Made by a program: the position numbers and the translations under genes. From assembly GCA_013265495.1 (NCBI GenBank), contig MU057640.1, positions 1,001,303-1,065,302 of the forward strand: 64,000 nucleotides of DNA. Direction: 5' to 3'. The DNA comes from Vicugna vicugna. Taxonomy: Eukaryota. The notes below the pieces were generated by a model. That model ran no database searches. It saw only the letters and a list, made by a program, of their open reading frames with translations, and was not told the origin of the DNA. This document shows positions 1 through 11,456 of the stretch, piece after piece (positions within the stretch are counted from its first letter, which is position 1; the number at the start of each line of letters is the position of its first letter).

Positions 1-3000
1 TGCTCTTTTGCTAAGTGTTGTCCCCTCCCTGTGTCAATGTCACCATCTGCCAAGGGAGAGAAATAGAACAGAATATGCTCAAGTTTCTGGATGACCTCCA
101 ACAATGGAAAGAGAGAAGGACAGAGTCTGTGCCCTCACGGAACTTCCCATCTGCACTCAACAGTGAATGGTAAAGCACTTTCTGATATAGTTTGTTACGT
201 CTTGACAAGAACCACTGCGTATTTTACACAGAAGAAGTTAGAATGGTCCAATAATTTCTCTCCAGTCAAAGTGAAGGCAGCAGGGCTCGGGTCCATGCTG
301 ATGAATGAAGGATGGAGACAGGGCTGCCAGCAGCTTACCGCAGACAGGCTGACTCCTATGCCCAGGGTCAAGGTCCAGCCTGCTCAAAAGCCCCGCTGCA
401 AACTGGCAGGCCAAGACAAGAAGCCAGTACAAACAGCCATTCTGGAAAGGGGCAAATCCAAATGTGATCTTCGCAAATGCTGGCTACATTCTGGCTAATG
501 GTCTCAAGGATGCTTTCTGCAGGTGTGTGTTTTGAGAAACCCTGCTTTAATTTTGTGACAGACTCCTGTCAACATTTCCCGTGATGCTTTGGAAATCATT
601 TCTGCCCTTTTAAATTATAACAGTAACAGTTATCAGCCCCTTCCCCCTATCCCACTTAGGCGTCTAAAAATGGAGCAAACAGCATGGTTCACCAGGCTCG
701 GAATAAGTCCTCTGCCATCACTCCAATGCTGTTAGCAGCTCACCACCAATTGGCATTCTGTGTCAATTCCATCCCATGAACCACAGTTTTCTTTTAAAAA
801 GGTGCCTATCATGTCATTCGCAGGGCTTTGCAAAGAAACCAGTAATGAAAATGATTATAAAGCCTTTTCAACTCTACAGACTTGACGTATAACAGCTGAA
901 ACAGGAGTAGGGCTATAGTTCCTTGCTTGCCTACGAAAGATCTCACCCAGGACTCAGGTTAAATGTGAAATTGACTTGCTTTTCAAGAAGCTGGTTATGG
1001 CCACTGACACCCATGAACTACAAGGGTCTCTCCACTTTGTTATAAAGACCATGCCCATTCCAGGGGGAGCAGCTTAGCACAGAGTAAGACGGTCACTGGT
1101 AAATGATCACACAGGCCAATTCCATCAAGAAATGTTAGGAGCTTTTTAACTGGAATTGGTGAGAGAACTTCTCATCTTTACTTTCAAATGAACTAGTGGC
1201 ATTTAAAACTACATGGTTTCCTTAATATGTCTCACTGAACTGAAATAAATAAGAGTCGAATGGGGGAAAATACTTGACCACTTTTTAATGTGATTTTTAA
1301 ATTATGATTTAAATATTCAAGCGTAGGCACAGAATATCAAGTGGTGGAAAAAATTTGCCTGAGAACTGTGAAGTACCATCATAATGAATGTGGAAACTTA
1401 AGTATTTTGTGTTCTAATACTTTATTCAATATTTGAATCCTCCTTAATGTTTTATTTTCTCTTTGCCATGGATCTCCCTAGTTCCTGTTGAGTGGATAAG
1501 CAGAAAACATAAACAAATAAATCTTTGGAGCTTAGCTGAAACGCTACCTATCAACAGCTTTATTGCTGTTTTAATGCTCAGTGCCAACAGTATGTCTTTG
1601 TCTTTGTTTTCTGCTTATTAAACACAAACCAAAATAATCACGCTTTCCCACAAGGAACAAGTTTTTTACCATAAAAGTTAAATTGGTAATGATGCATATG
1701 GATCATAGACGTCTTTAAACTGCCTGAGCAGAAGGTAATTTACGCCAGGTGAGTGAGCAAAGCCACCCAATGTTCAGTGGCTGAATTATACAGGGTCACT
1801 GGTTGTGAGCAACACAAGTTCCATCTGGTTACTTTAAAGAGAAAAGGGATGTGTTGGAAGAAGGTTGAAGAGTAGACAATTGACAGAAATGTTAGAAAAC
1901 CAGGCAGAAACTAAGGGCAGATGCCCCAGGATTTACCTGCCTATGGCATGGCAGCCAGCACCAGCACACTGGCCGCTTCTCTCACTGCCCAGCAACACTG
2001 CTGCCTTAGAACCTTTCTCAAGTGTCCCTTGGCCTCTACAACACTTCCTCCAGATACAAGGTCCAGAATAAGAGCACCGATTGGCCAAGCCTGAGTAACA
2101 TACCCTTGCTCTAGCCACCAGGAGGCAAAGAGATGGAGTCTCCAGCCATTTCAGCTTCTGAGAGAGAAGGAATCTCCCTCCAAGAAAGAAAAACACAGGT
2201 AAATGCCCCCTGCAGTACAGTGTGTTTCCACGAGGGAGGATGTAAATATAAGTCTACCACAGGTAGAGTGATGAAGACACCATCCCATCCCCTTAGTGTA
2301 TTCATGATGTCTATTTTTGTGATGCTGCTGGAAAGGTACCAAACGTCTCCATCTCTGCAGAGGTCTTGGTCTATTTCACATTTGCATTTGGGTTTTCATT
2401 AACAGTTGACATAAGTTATCCTCTCATTCATACTATCTAGCAGGCCCTCGGCATTTCAGGATTCCATATTTGTGTCTTCTCTTTAAATGTAGTCATGCCT
2501 TATAATAGTGGTAGTAGCTATGATACAAGGCTGTAGAGAGGATTATACAAAATAACATATGTAAGGCCCCCCAGCACAAATGTGAATGCAGCTGGCGAGG
2601 AAGTCAAGCTTGACACCCCATGGCTGTACCTCAGTTTGCAGCGTGTGAGAATCTGGCGATCCTCTAAAGTGTCTGCATGCCCTTTACCGAGGACCATGAG
2701 CTACTGCAGTCCCAATGGCTTTCCTTCGTTGAAAAATATGCAAAGTGGGGTTAGAAGGAAAAAGGAGCTGGAAAGTAAAAATGAGAGAAATAATAGTCTA
2801 AGGCATCCTCTTTCCATTTCATTTACAAACTACATGGGATAACATCTTTCAGGGGAGTAGGTTCTTAAGTTAGCATGAAAGGAAAACAGTTATGTCAACA
2901 TAACTGAATGTTTGGATGATAATCTACTGAAGTGACAATTTGATGGGCAGCATATTCCAATGAACACAGCAAAAAAAAAAAGTGCAAAGACAGCTTTCCT

Positions 3001-3894
3001 AAAGGAGCTTGATAAGTTTCTTCACTTCCTCATGCCTTAGTTCTCTTGGAGTCAAGAAACACCTTACCAAACGCCTAACATAAACCATACACTCGCTCTG
3101 CGTTGCAGATATCAGATCAGTTCCTTCTTTGTAGTTATCAATACAGAGAGTATCTCCTCAGGGGAGAGTGGGAGAATGAATTAGATCCACCCAGAGTAAG
3201 GTGGCACTGATCTACTGCATCTGTGACGTGGACATTCAAAGCCCCCCGGGCAAGGGGAGGAGGCAGCTCCAGCAAAGCAAGATTTGGAAAAGCAAAATCA
3301 GATAACTGCCAGGAAAATGGGGCAATAAATTGCCTTGCCTTGAAAATCAAATACACACCACTGTCCGAATTAGATACTCAGGAACTACAAGAAAATTGAG
3401 ATGATGCAAAAATGTTCTAGCTAGGTGTTTCCTTGACTCCTCCTCCTCCTTTTTCTATTTCCATAGTAGGTTTAAGCCTCAACACTTAAGACAGCCTACT
3501 GTTCAGGAAAACAGATTTGTTATTTTAATAAGCCTCCTAAAATGACACCATATAACCATCTGTTATGAACCTTGCAATCCTGCCTTCTCTACTCCTCTCT
3601 GAATATCAATATCGCTACAGCCAGCCACCCATCCAAACCCCACCCCCCATCCCCAAAAAATGTCAGGGTAAGAGGAGGAGAGAGAAGTTTAGCAGGGAAA
3701 AAAAGAATTAGGCTGCTCAGAATACATTTTGTTAACTATTCCTCACCTATTTCTCATGCTATAAACAGCTTTCAAAGTCAGGACAAGTTCACAATCTTAA
3801 ATATGAAAGATCTGCCTGGAAGTAGAGGATACAGAGCAGGGGAAAGGAGGACGCAGAGAAAACTGAGAGCTGGAAGGGAGCTTGGTGATTATTC

Positions 3895-4005
3895 AAGCCC
3901 ACCCTCACATTTCACAGCTGAGAAAACTGAGGCCCATGTCTTTAGGTGACACCTACAGAAGCAACCAGTTAGCATCTGTGCCAGGTCTAGAACCTAGTGA
4001 ATCTC
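3895..4005 (-). mobile_element. MIR SINE fragment
   Basis: CATTTCACAGCTGAGAAAACTGAGGCCC...GGTCTAGAACCTAG matches the reverse complement of the MIR core. Confidence 0.7.
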
Positions 4006-4065
4006 TTGCCCCAAAGGCCAGAAAAGTCAAGACACCAAAAGACTGTGAAGTTCATCATAAAAAGA

Positions 4066-4098
4066 CAAAAACAAAAACAAAAACAAAAACAAAAAAAA
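4066..4098. repeat. (AAAAAC)n simple repeat
   Basis: Tandem CAAAAA units seen directly. Confidence 0.85.
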
Positions 4099-5604
4099 CT
4101 TAAGACCAAGGTTTTTGTGACATTATGTTAAATGATGTAAAGAGAATTACAAGACGTGGATCCTGTCCGAGTGGTTGGCACACTCAAGGGGTAAGACAGT
4201 CACTCAACCACTGCATGTGTACAAGAAACACAGACAAAAAATTAAATTGTTTTTAAAACATGGGGGAAGCATGTTAAACAGCACATTCCTACTTTAATTT
4301 CTATGCCCAGAGAGCTAATTAATGACTACATTTTTGCCCACAGAACCAGGAAAAATGGAGATGCTTCTGTAGGATTAACTCTGACGCCTCAACATCGTTG
4401 GAGTATTAGAATATCATGTCAGGCAACCCTAGAAAAACTTGACGTGGTCTTCAGGGAAAGGAGTCGTTAATACCATTTCTAACAGATGGGGTTTTGGCCA
4501 CCACAGATGAGAAGAGAGTTTGGACCAACTAGGGACAAAAGTCTTAGAGAATGTGGGGGAGGTGTGTGTAGAAATGTGGGACATCTATCCTTCTAGAGAG
4601 GGCCAACTCATGCCGGGGTAACTGGGTGCAGCAGGAAATCACCAGAGAGCTTCAATAACTAGGTACTCACGTCCAAGCTGACAATGGAAGAAAAACCATG
4701 GCAGCAGGATAAATGTGAAACCCAAGGGAGTTGATGCAAGTGATTAGACCAAAGCAAAGAAGGATCTAGGCAAGAGAAGACTAGCTGCTTGGGATGTCAA
4801 ACGGGCTTCATTTTGAATGGTATCTCCAATCAGCTGAAAGTGGTTGCCTAGATATTTGTGTTAAGAAAGACGCCTAGTCTATGTTGGGAAAGAGCGTTAT
4901 GATCTTCCATAGAGGAGCCTACTTCCATGAGGTCTAGACCATAACATTACAGGTAAATGTAGAGAGAGAGATGGAACATGGACAACATTCTCTAGAAAGC
5001 AGCACTATGATGTGGCCACCAATCGTGTCAGTGTTTATCGCTTGCTTCGAGAGATGAGTGAATGTGCCAGTTTGGCTCACGGCAGAAGGCAGAGAGAGTA
5101 GAGGAGCCACACAAAGTTAGGGACTTACCTAATGGTGGAAGAACAGGCAACATCGGTTATGTCCATCCAATCAGACCCTGTGGTACCCTACTATACAGTG
5201 TCCTCCCATCCTCTGAATGGAGGAGGCACTTGGCAAAGGCTTGTAAGGCGTGGGCTTTTAAGGAGAAGGGGCTCTGGCAAGCTCGGGTGAGAGGAAGCCT
5301 AGTAAATACTCTGAAGGGGAGAAGCAGGAGGTATTAACAGATTCAGCATGGTGAAGCCCCAGGGTAGTCATTTTAGGGTTGCCTTTCTCATATATAGCAA
5401 AGGATACCCAGTGGGAAACTCTGGACTACTTTGGTCCTGCAGTTCTAAGATGGGAGCTGTGTAACTAGTGTACATCTTGAAATCTGTAAAACACAAAACA
5501 GACAAGAGAGGATAAAACACTGCAAGTATTGGAAGGACTGAAGAACAAGGTAAGTCGGTCAAGGCTGTGAAGGAGAAATACCATCACAGATCTTGAAACT
5601 CAAA

Positions 5605-6052
5605 GATGAAAGAAATAATGCCATTTGCAGAAACATGGATCCACCTGGAGATTGTCATTCTAAGTGAAGTGAGCCAGAAAGAGAAAGAAAAACACATGAT
5701 ATCACTTCTATATGGAATCTAAAAAAAGATGCAAATGAATTTACTTACAAACCAGAAACAGACTCACAGACATAGAAAAAAAACTTACGATTACCAGGGG
5801 GAAACAGTGTGGGAAGGCATAAATTGGGAGTTCAAGATTTGCAGATACAAACTACTATGCATAAAATAGATAAACAACAAGGTCCTACTGTATAGCACAG
5901 GGACTACACTCAATATCTTGTAGGAACCTATAATGAAAGAGAATATGAAAAGGAATATATGTATGTATATATATATATGACTGAAACATTATGCTGTCCA
6001 CCAGAAATTGACACAACATTGCAAATGACTATACTTCAATAAAAAAAAAAAA
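5605..6052 (+). mobile_element. L1 3' end, 5'-truncated, cetartiodactyl-type
   Basis: AATGCCATTTGCAGAAACATGGAT...CTAAGTGAAGTGAGCCAGAAAGAG...ACAGACTCACAGACATAG...TATACTTCAATAAAAAAAAAAAA; ORF2 end, 3' UTR and poly(A). Confidence 0.93.
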
Positions 6053-7472
6053 CCGGTATACGGGGTAGAGATGAGAGAACGACTAATTCTGAAGAATACC
6101 AGTTGGACTTTTAGGGGATGGTGGCCTCTGAGATGGGTCTTGAAGACTGCCTAGGATTTTACATGTTTTTAAAAACATACTTTATAATCATAACTCAAAT
6201 TTCCATGCAGCCCAGTCCAATGGTGAGCCCACAGTAATCACCAAAATTCATTAATACTATCAAGTCTATTAAACAGGGTTACTTTCCTTTAAAGTTTATT
6301 AAGAAGGTAGAGGTCAGAGCTGAAATAATGGAGGAAAGGATGCTTTAACACTTGACACTGAAATTCTCTATTTGATTCACCAAAACTGCCCCTTAAATTA
6401 TTCAGTCTTTCCTAATTACCTCCCCATAGAATTATCTTCAAGGCACTGTTAGTTGGTTGTTGCCTGAGGCCAAACTCCAAGCTAGCTCTGAGACGTGGGA
6501 GAGATACGAACATTTCTTGAGGACTTCAGTTACAAGGTGAGGGAGAAGGGAATAAAATTTTCTCATACAGATTACTGTTTAACTCAAAGGGGCAGGTGGA
6601 ATTCATGGGTACTACTGGCAGCTTATAAGGAAATGTCCCTTAAAAAAATAAAACTCTAGATACAGAGCATTAAGGATTTTTAAACATCTGAATGAAGACA
6701 ATAAGGTTCTTCCCAGGACAATGTGATGATTTTTTTTTTTAATATTGCTAACATGGACAGGGAAATCCTCAAAAGACAAGATTCCAGCAAGAGATCCCAG
6801 AGGAACCTCCAAGCTACTGAGATAATGATGCCCCAAAGCCACAGTCAAACCCAAAAATAGCTTTTTAGCAAGATCAAATTAAGAAAAAAATTTTGAAATG
6901 CCAGAATAAGATGACTGAGTTGGAGTTGGAGGGTTAGGAATCTGGCCCAAGAGAATAATCTGTGAGCAAAAGAAAACAAGTAGGCTAAAACTAGAAGGTG
7001 CGATTCAGGCTCGGGTGAACGGACGACAAGGGTGAAGAGGGCAATGACAGAGACAGTCAAGTTCAGGGACAGCAGAATCATCCTCTAGGCAGAGCCTAAC
7101 GGACATGAGAACAGGGGAGACCAGGGAAGTTGCCGCGAAGGAGCCATGACCGGGAATCAGAGTCCAAACCTGAGACCTATCACAGGGGTTTCCTTCACTA
7201 TCCTCTCCCCACACACGTATCAGTTCAACAAGTGTGTTCTGATAACTCCCTATACGTGTCTGGCACGCCTGCTTGGAGGCACAGCATCTGCTTTCTGGGA
7301 GGCTGCTCTAGTGACAATGAAGATCTACAGTAGGGCCATGTGCCAAGTGAATGATAGGGAAAGAGTCACTTTTAAAATTCCATCCATTTTTCATAAGGTA
7401 ACAGGCCAGTTTGAGTTTGTGGAGGACCGTGTGGTGGGTAAGAAGTGGCCACGAATTCTTTCCCATCACCCC

Positions 7473-8235
7473 TATGATGGAATAAAAATGTATTTTGCCT
7501 TTGTCCCAGTTTGGGTTCCTGGCACAGAGCTTCAAAAACCCTTGGAATTTCCTGAGTGGTAGGAATGTCTTTTATTATGCATCATGAAACCCTCTGGATA
7601 TACCTGAGTTTATGCTATCAAGCTGACTAAAGGTGGTCCCTTCGATAGTTTCAAGGCAGGGGCTGGCAGGGTGAGAACTTTCTGCTCCACACCTTACTTA
7701 GCGGGGAGGGGAGAGGAGCTGGAGATTGAGTTCAACCACCAATGACCAATGATACAATCAATGATGCCCAGGCAACGAAGCCTTGATAAACACTCTTGAA
7801 CAATGAGGTTTGGGGAGGAGCTTCCTGGTGGGTGAACATGATGTACAAAGAGGGCAGGATACTCCTATTCCAAGGGGACAGAGGCTCCTGTGCTCAGCAT
7901 CCTCTGGTCCTCACCACATGTCTCTCTTAATCTACTTGTTCCTTTGTATCCTTTATACGAAACCACAATCTTAAAAATAGCACTTTTCCTGAGTTCTGTG
8001 AATTGCTCCAGTGAATTATTAAACTTGAGGTGGGGTTGGAGGAACCCCCAAATTCGCAGTGGGCTGGGCAGAAGAGTGGATAACTTGGGAATACCTCACT
8101 GTGGCTGAAGTGGGGCAGCGGGCAGTTTTATGGGACTGAAGCTTTAACCTGTGGGGGTCTGTGCTAACTCTGGGCAGTACCAGAATGTAGTTGAACTGGA
8201 GGACAGCCAGCTGGTGTTCGAGAATTGCTGGAGAG
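7473..8235 (+). mobile_element. MER21-like LTR
   Basis: GGTTCCTGGCACAGAGCTTCAAAAACCCTTGGAATTTCCTGAG, GGAGCTGGAGATTGAGTTCAACCACCAATG, TTCCTGAGTTCTGTGAATTGCTCCAGTGAATTATT and GAACTGGAGGACAGCCAGCTGGTG resemble MER21 segments. Confidence 0.85.
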
Positions 8236-8532
8236 CCACGGTGGAGCACCGCTGAGAGGTGGCGTTTACTTCCCTCCCTGTCAGACTGGGCTGGCCTCCG
8301 TGACCGCTTAACTAAAAGAAGGCAGAAGCAGCAGCCCACTGACAGTTGCAGGCCTAAGAATGTGACAGGGCTGGCAGCTTCTACACCTGTAGTCTTTAAG
8401 AGACTCGAGCCACCCCTTGAGAAGTTCAGCTCCTCTGCTGGAAAGAGGAGAGACCCTGAGACCACATGGAGAGACAGAGAGGCCTGACATCCTGTAGCCA
8501 AGGGAAGTCCCAGAAACTCCAGTCCCCTTGGT

Positions 8533-8974
8533 TACCCTGGATAACCAGGCAGAGAGACACCCCGGACAACCAGGGAGAGGGACACCCCGGATAACCGGGG
8601 AGAGGGGCACCCCGGACAACCAGGGAGAGGGACACCCCGGATAACCGGGGAGAGGGGCACCCCGGATAACCAGGGAGAGGGACACCCAGGATAACCAGGG
8701 AGAGCGACACCCCGGACAACCAGGGAGAGGGACGCCCCAGATAACCAGGGATTGGGACACCCCGGATAACCAGGGAGAGCGACACCCAGGATAACCAGGG
8801 AGAGAGACACCCCGGATAACCAGGGAGAGGGACACCCCGGACAACCAGGGAGAGGGACGCCCCATAATTCTAAAGATAAGCAATCCCCGGATAACCAGGG
8901 AGAGCGACACCCAGGATAACCAGGGAGAGAGACACCCCGGATAACCGGGGAGAGGGCTACCCTGGATAACCAGG
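8533..8974. repeat. 25-bp minisatellite (VNTR), consensus CCCCGGATAACCAGGGAGAGGGACA, ~17.6 unit lengths
   Basis: Units start every 25 bp from 8535 to 8960, read directly; each contains a CCCNGG-AYAA-CCRGGG inverted repeat. Confidence 0.97.
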
Positions 8975-10329
8975 AGTCGAGCCCAGTGAACCCCCAGAAC
9001 TGTTGTCCTCATAAGCCAACAAGTTGTGGAGTAGTTTGCTCCGCAGCTATAGACACTTGACACAGACAGCCCAGTCAGGGAAGGCGCGCGGAATAGTCTG
9101 AGACAGGCATTTTAATCAGAACATCAAAAGTCATTTCAGCCTGTTTGTTCACCCTTTGTTTATTTATGCATTACACAAACAATTTACTTGCGGCTAGATA
9201 CCAAGCAGGTACTGAGGGCACAGATGAAAGGCTGTTCTTGCCAGCAGGTCGTTTCCAACCTAATCATCTCATTCACTTTTCTCCTTCTTCAAAGAAGCTG
9301 CCGATTTTCAGCCTGCAGGACCATTTCTTTCTTTAAATTCCCACTTTCTAGGACAAGCAAGATTCAACTTGTTTCCTTATCTCCATGAAGTTTTTCCCAG
9401 ACCCACCTGGTCTCTGTATTTCAATTTCTCCAACTTCAAATAAGGTCCAAAGGGAGCTAACAACATGTCCAAAAGGTTGTTATGAGGTTAAAGGAGAAAT
9501 TGTTTAAAAACTACCTTTCAGGAAATATTTCCTAAGCAGATGACATTTTACTGTCAGTTCTGTGTTTGCTTAGAAACTCTGTGAGTTATATTAAAAGCAA
9601 CACCACCAAATGACCGTGACGAGGAGCACCTGCTGGGCAGACAAGGCATCAGTCACCTGCTGTCTGTCCTCTCCAGGGCTAAGGGGGAGCAGGAGCAGAT
9701 GCACACATACTTTGCAGGGTCCGAGGGGGAGGAGACAGGCTCCTTCTATTTCCTACCAATGTAACCCCGTGTTTCTGAGCATCCCTCCACTGACTACCTA
9801 GCATCCATCAACAAACTGCACCCTTCATGGGTTGTGTCTGTGCCGGCACTTCTGTTCATAATGAAATGTTTATTTAATTAAGCCTCTTCATCAGAGACTC
9901 CAAGTGCATAAGGGTAGTTAATGTTTTTAAAACATCCAACCATTGGACTTGGCAGCAAAAAAACCCAGCACAATCATGTGCTTTCACACTGCCAGGGTGA
10001 ACAAAAACAATGAAATGTGTGAGCAATGCTTAATAAAAGCAAATATTTATAGTGTAAATTGAGCAATCATTTAGGTTGAGAGCAGAAATGAAAACATGGG
10101 CACAAATTGTATTGATGGACACTGGCCAACAAAGAACTTAAGTTTGATTAAACCCTATAAACTACATTTATGAAATCAAGCTACTTTGAGCTAGACTATC
10201 ATAGTTTATAATGTATGTTGTAGTCCTAAATGATGCTAAGCCTTTCATCCTACTCTTCTCAGCCCAATAAATACTTTGTAATAAGACACAGTGAAAAGCA
10301 TCTCTATAGATATGTGTTTTTCAAAAGTC

Positions 10330-11135
10330 CTGCTTGCTTTTCTATAGTAGGCAAAATCTGCAAACAGCCCAGCTGTCCTTTAATGGGTGAATGCTTAAAC
10401 TGTGGTGCGGCTACATCATGGAATACTATTCAGCAAGAAAAAGGAATGAATGACTCATGCCTGCGACAATTTGGGTAAATCGTGAGGCAATTGTGCTGAG
10501 AGGAAAAAAATATATCCGAAAAGGTTACATACTGTATGATTCCATTCTTGGAATGATAAACTATAGAAAAAAGAATAGATTTCCAGAGATCAGATATGGG
10601 AGGGGGAGGGGTATAAAAAGACAACTTAAAAGAGCCTTGTGTTAATGGAAGTGTTCTGCACCCTTCTAGGACATTTGGTCCTGTCCACAATGTCCATAAG
10701 ACATTTGGTCCACATTAAAAGGTCCTGGATATTTGGTCATGTTTGGTCCTGTCCAAAATGTCCATGGAAACATTTTTCCATGCCAAAAGATTCTTGATAT
10801 TTGGGACTGTTCAAAACTATTTGGCATGGACCAAATATGTTCCTGGGCATTTTGGACAGGACCAAATTTCAAGGACCTTTTAATGTGGATCAAATGTTTC
10901 ATGAACTTTTGGACAGGACCAAATGCCTGCTAACCATTCTGTACTTTATTATATCAGTGTCAGTCATCTGACCGTCACACACGGTTATCACACCTGGTTG
11001 GGACAGTGTACTACAGTTTTGTTCAGATGTTACCATGGTGGGGGGCACAGTAGGGTAAAGGGAAATATGGGATCTCTTTGTATTACTTCTTACAACTGCA
11101 TGTGAATCTACAATTACCTCAAAATTTAAAAGTCC
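10330..11135 (+). mobile_element. Old L1 3' end (L1MC/L1MD-type), split by a foldback insertion
   Basis: AAAGGTTACATACTGTATGATTCCATT before the insertion; GATGTTACCATGG...GGATCTCTTTGTATTACTTCTTACAACTGCATGTGAATCTACAATTACCTCAAAAT after it. Confidence 0.85.
10662..10935. mobile_element. Foldback/MITE-like non-autonomous DNA element, family not recognised
   Basis: Arms of ~120 bp (10668-~10795 and ~10812-10928) are reverse complements built from ATTTGGTCC-type sub-repeats; flanked by GTTCTGCAC (10653-10661) and ATTCTGTAC (10936-10944), a degenerate 8-9-bp TSD. Confidence 0.75.
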
Positions 11136-11456
11136 TGGTTAATTGTGGCCTGTGCTAGAACTCAGCTGCACTTTCAAGTGAATACAATTTCTTCATTACC
11201 TTACATTTTAAAACCATCAATGTGTTCTGTGAGAAAAGACTGTTCCCAAAGTAATGAAACCCAGCTTAAGAATTATCACCTGTTTTTAAATCACAGTTTA
11301 AGAAAAAAATTAAACAATTAAATATTAAAATATATTCAGGCTATACTCAGATGACATGAATCTCAATTTAAAAATTAAATATAAAGAATGCTGTGGTAAA
11401 CCAAGTGTTTCTTTACCATCTCTGTTTTCACTTTACAGAAATTTTTATTTTACAGA

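Larger units (their letters stand above)
7428..9064 (+). mobile_element. MaLR MLT1-type LTR, interrupted by a MER21-like LTR and a minisatellite
   Basis: 5' piece TGTGGTGGGTAAGAAGTGGCCACGAATTCTTT; middle GAGACCCTGAGACCACATGGAGAG; 3' end AAGCCAACAAGTTGTGGAGTAGTTTGCTCCGCAGCTATAGACACTTGACACA. Confidence 0.75.

Noticed and set aside
8533..8974. CRISPR-like look (palindromic repeats with one odd 'spacer')
   Set aside because: Units are head-to-tail without unique spacers, no cas genes are present, and the context is mammalian.
8308..9063. 251-aa, 119-aa and 92-aa minus-strand ORFs with PGYPGCPSPWLSG repeats
   Set aside because: Translation of the 25-bp minisatellite, whose minus strand lacks stop codons; overlapping frames give the same peptide and the flanks are LTR.
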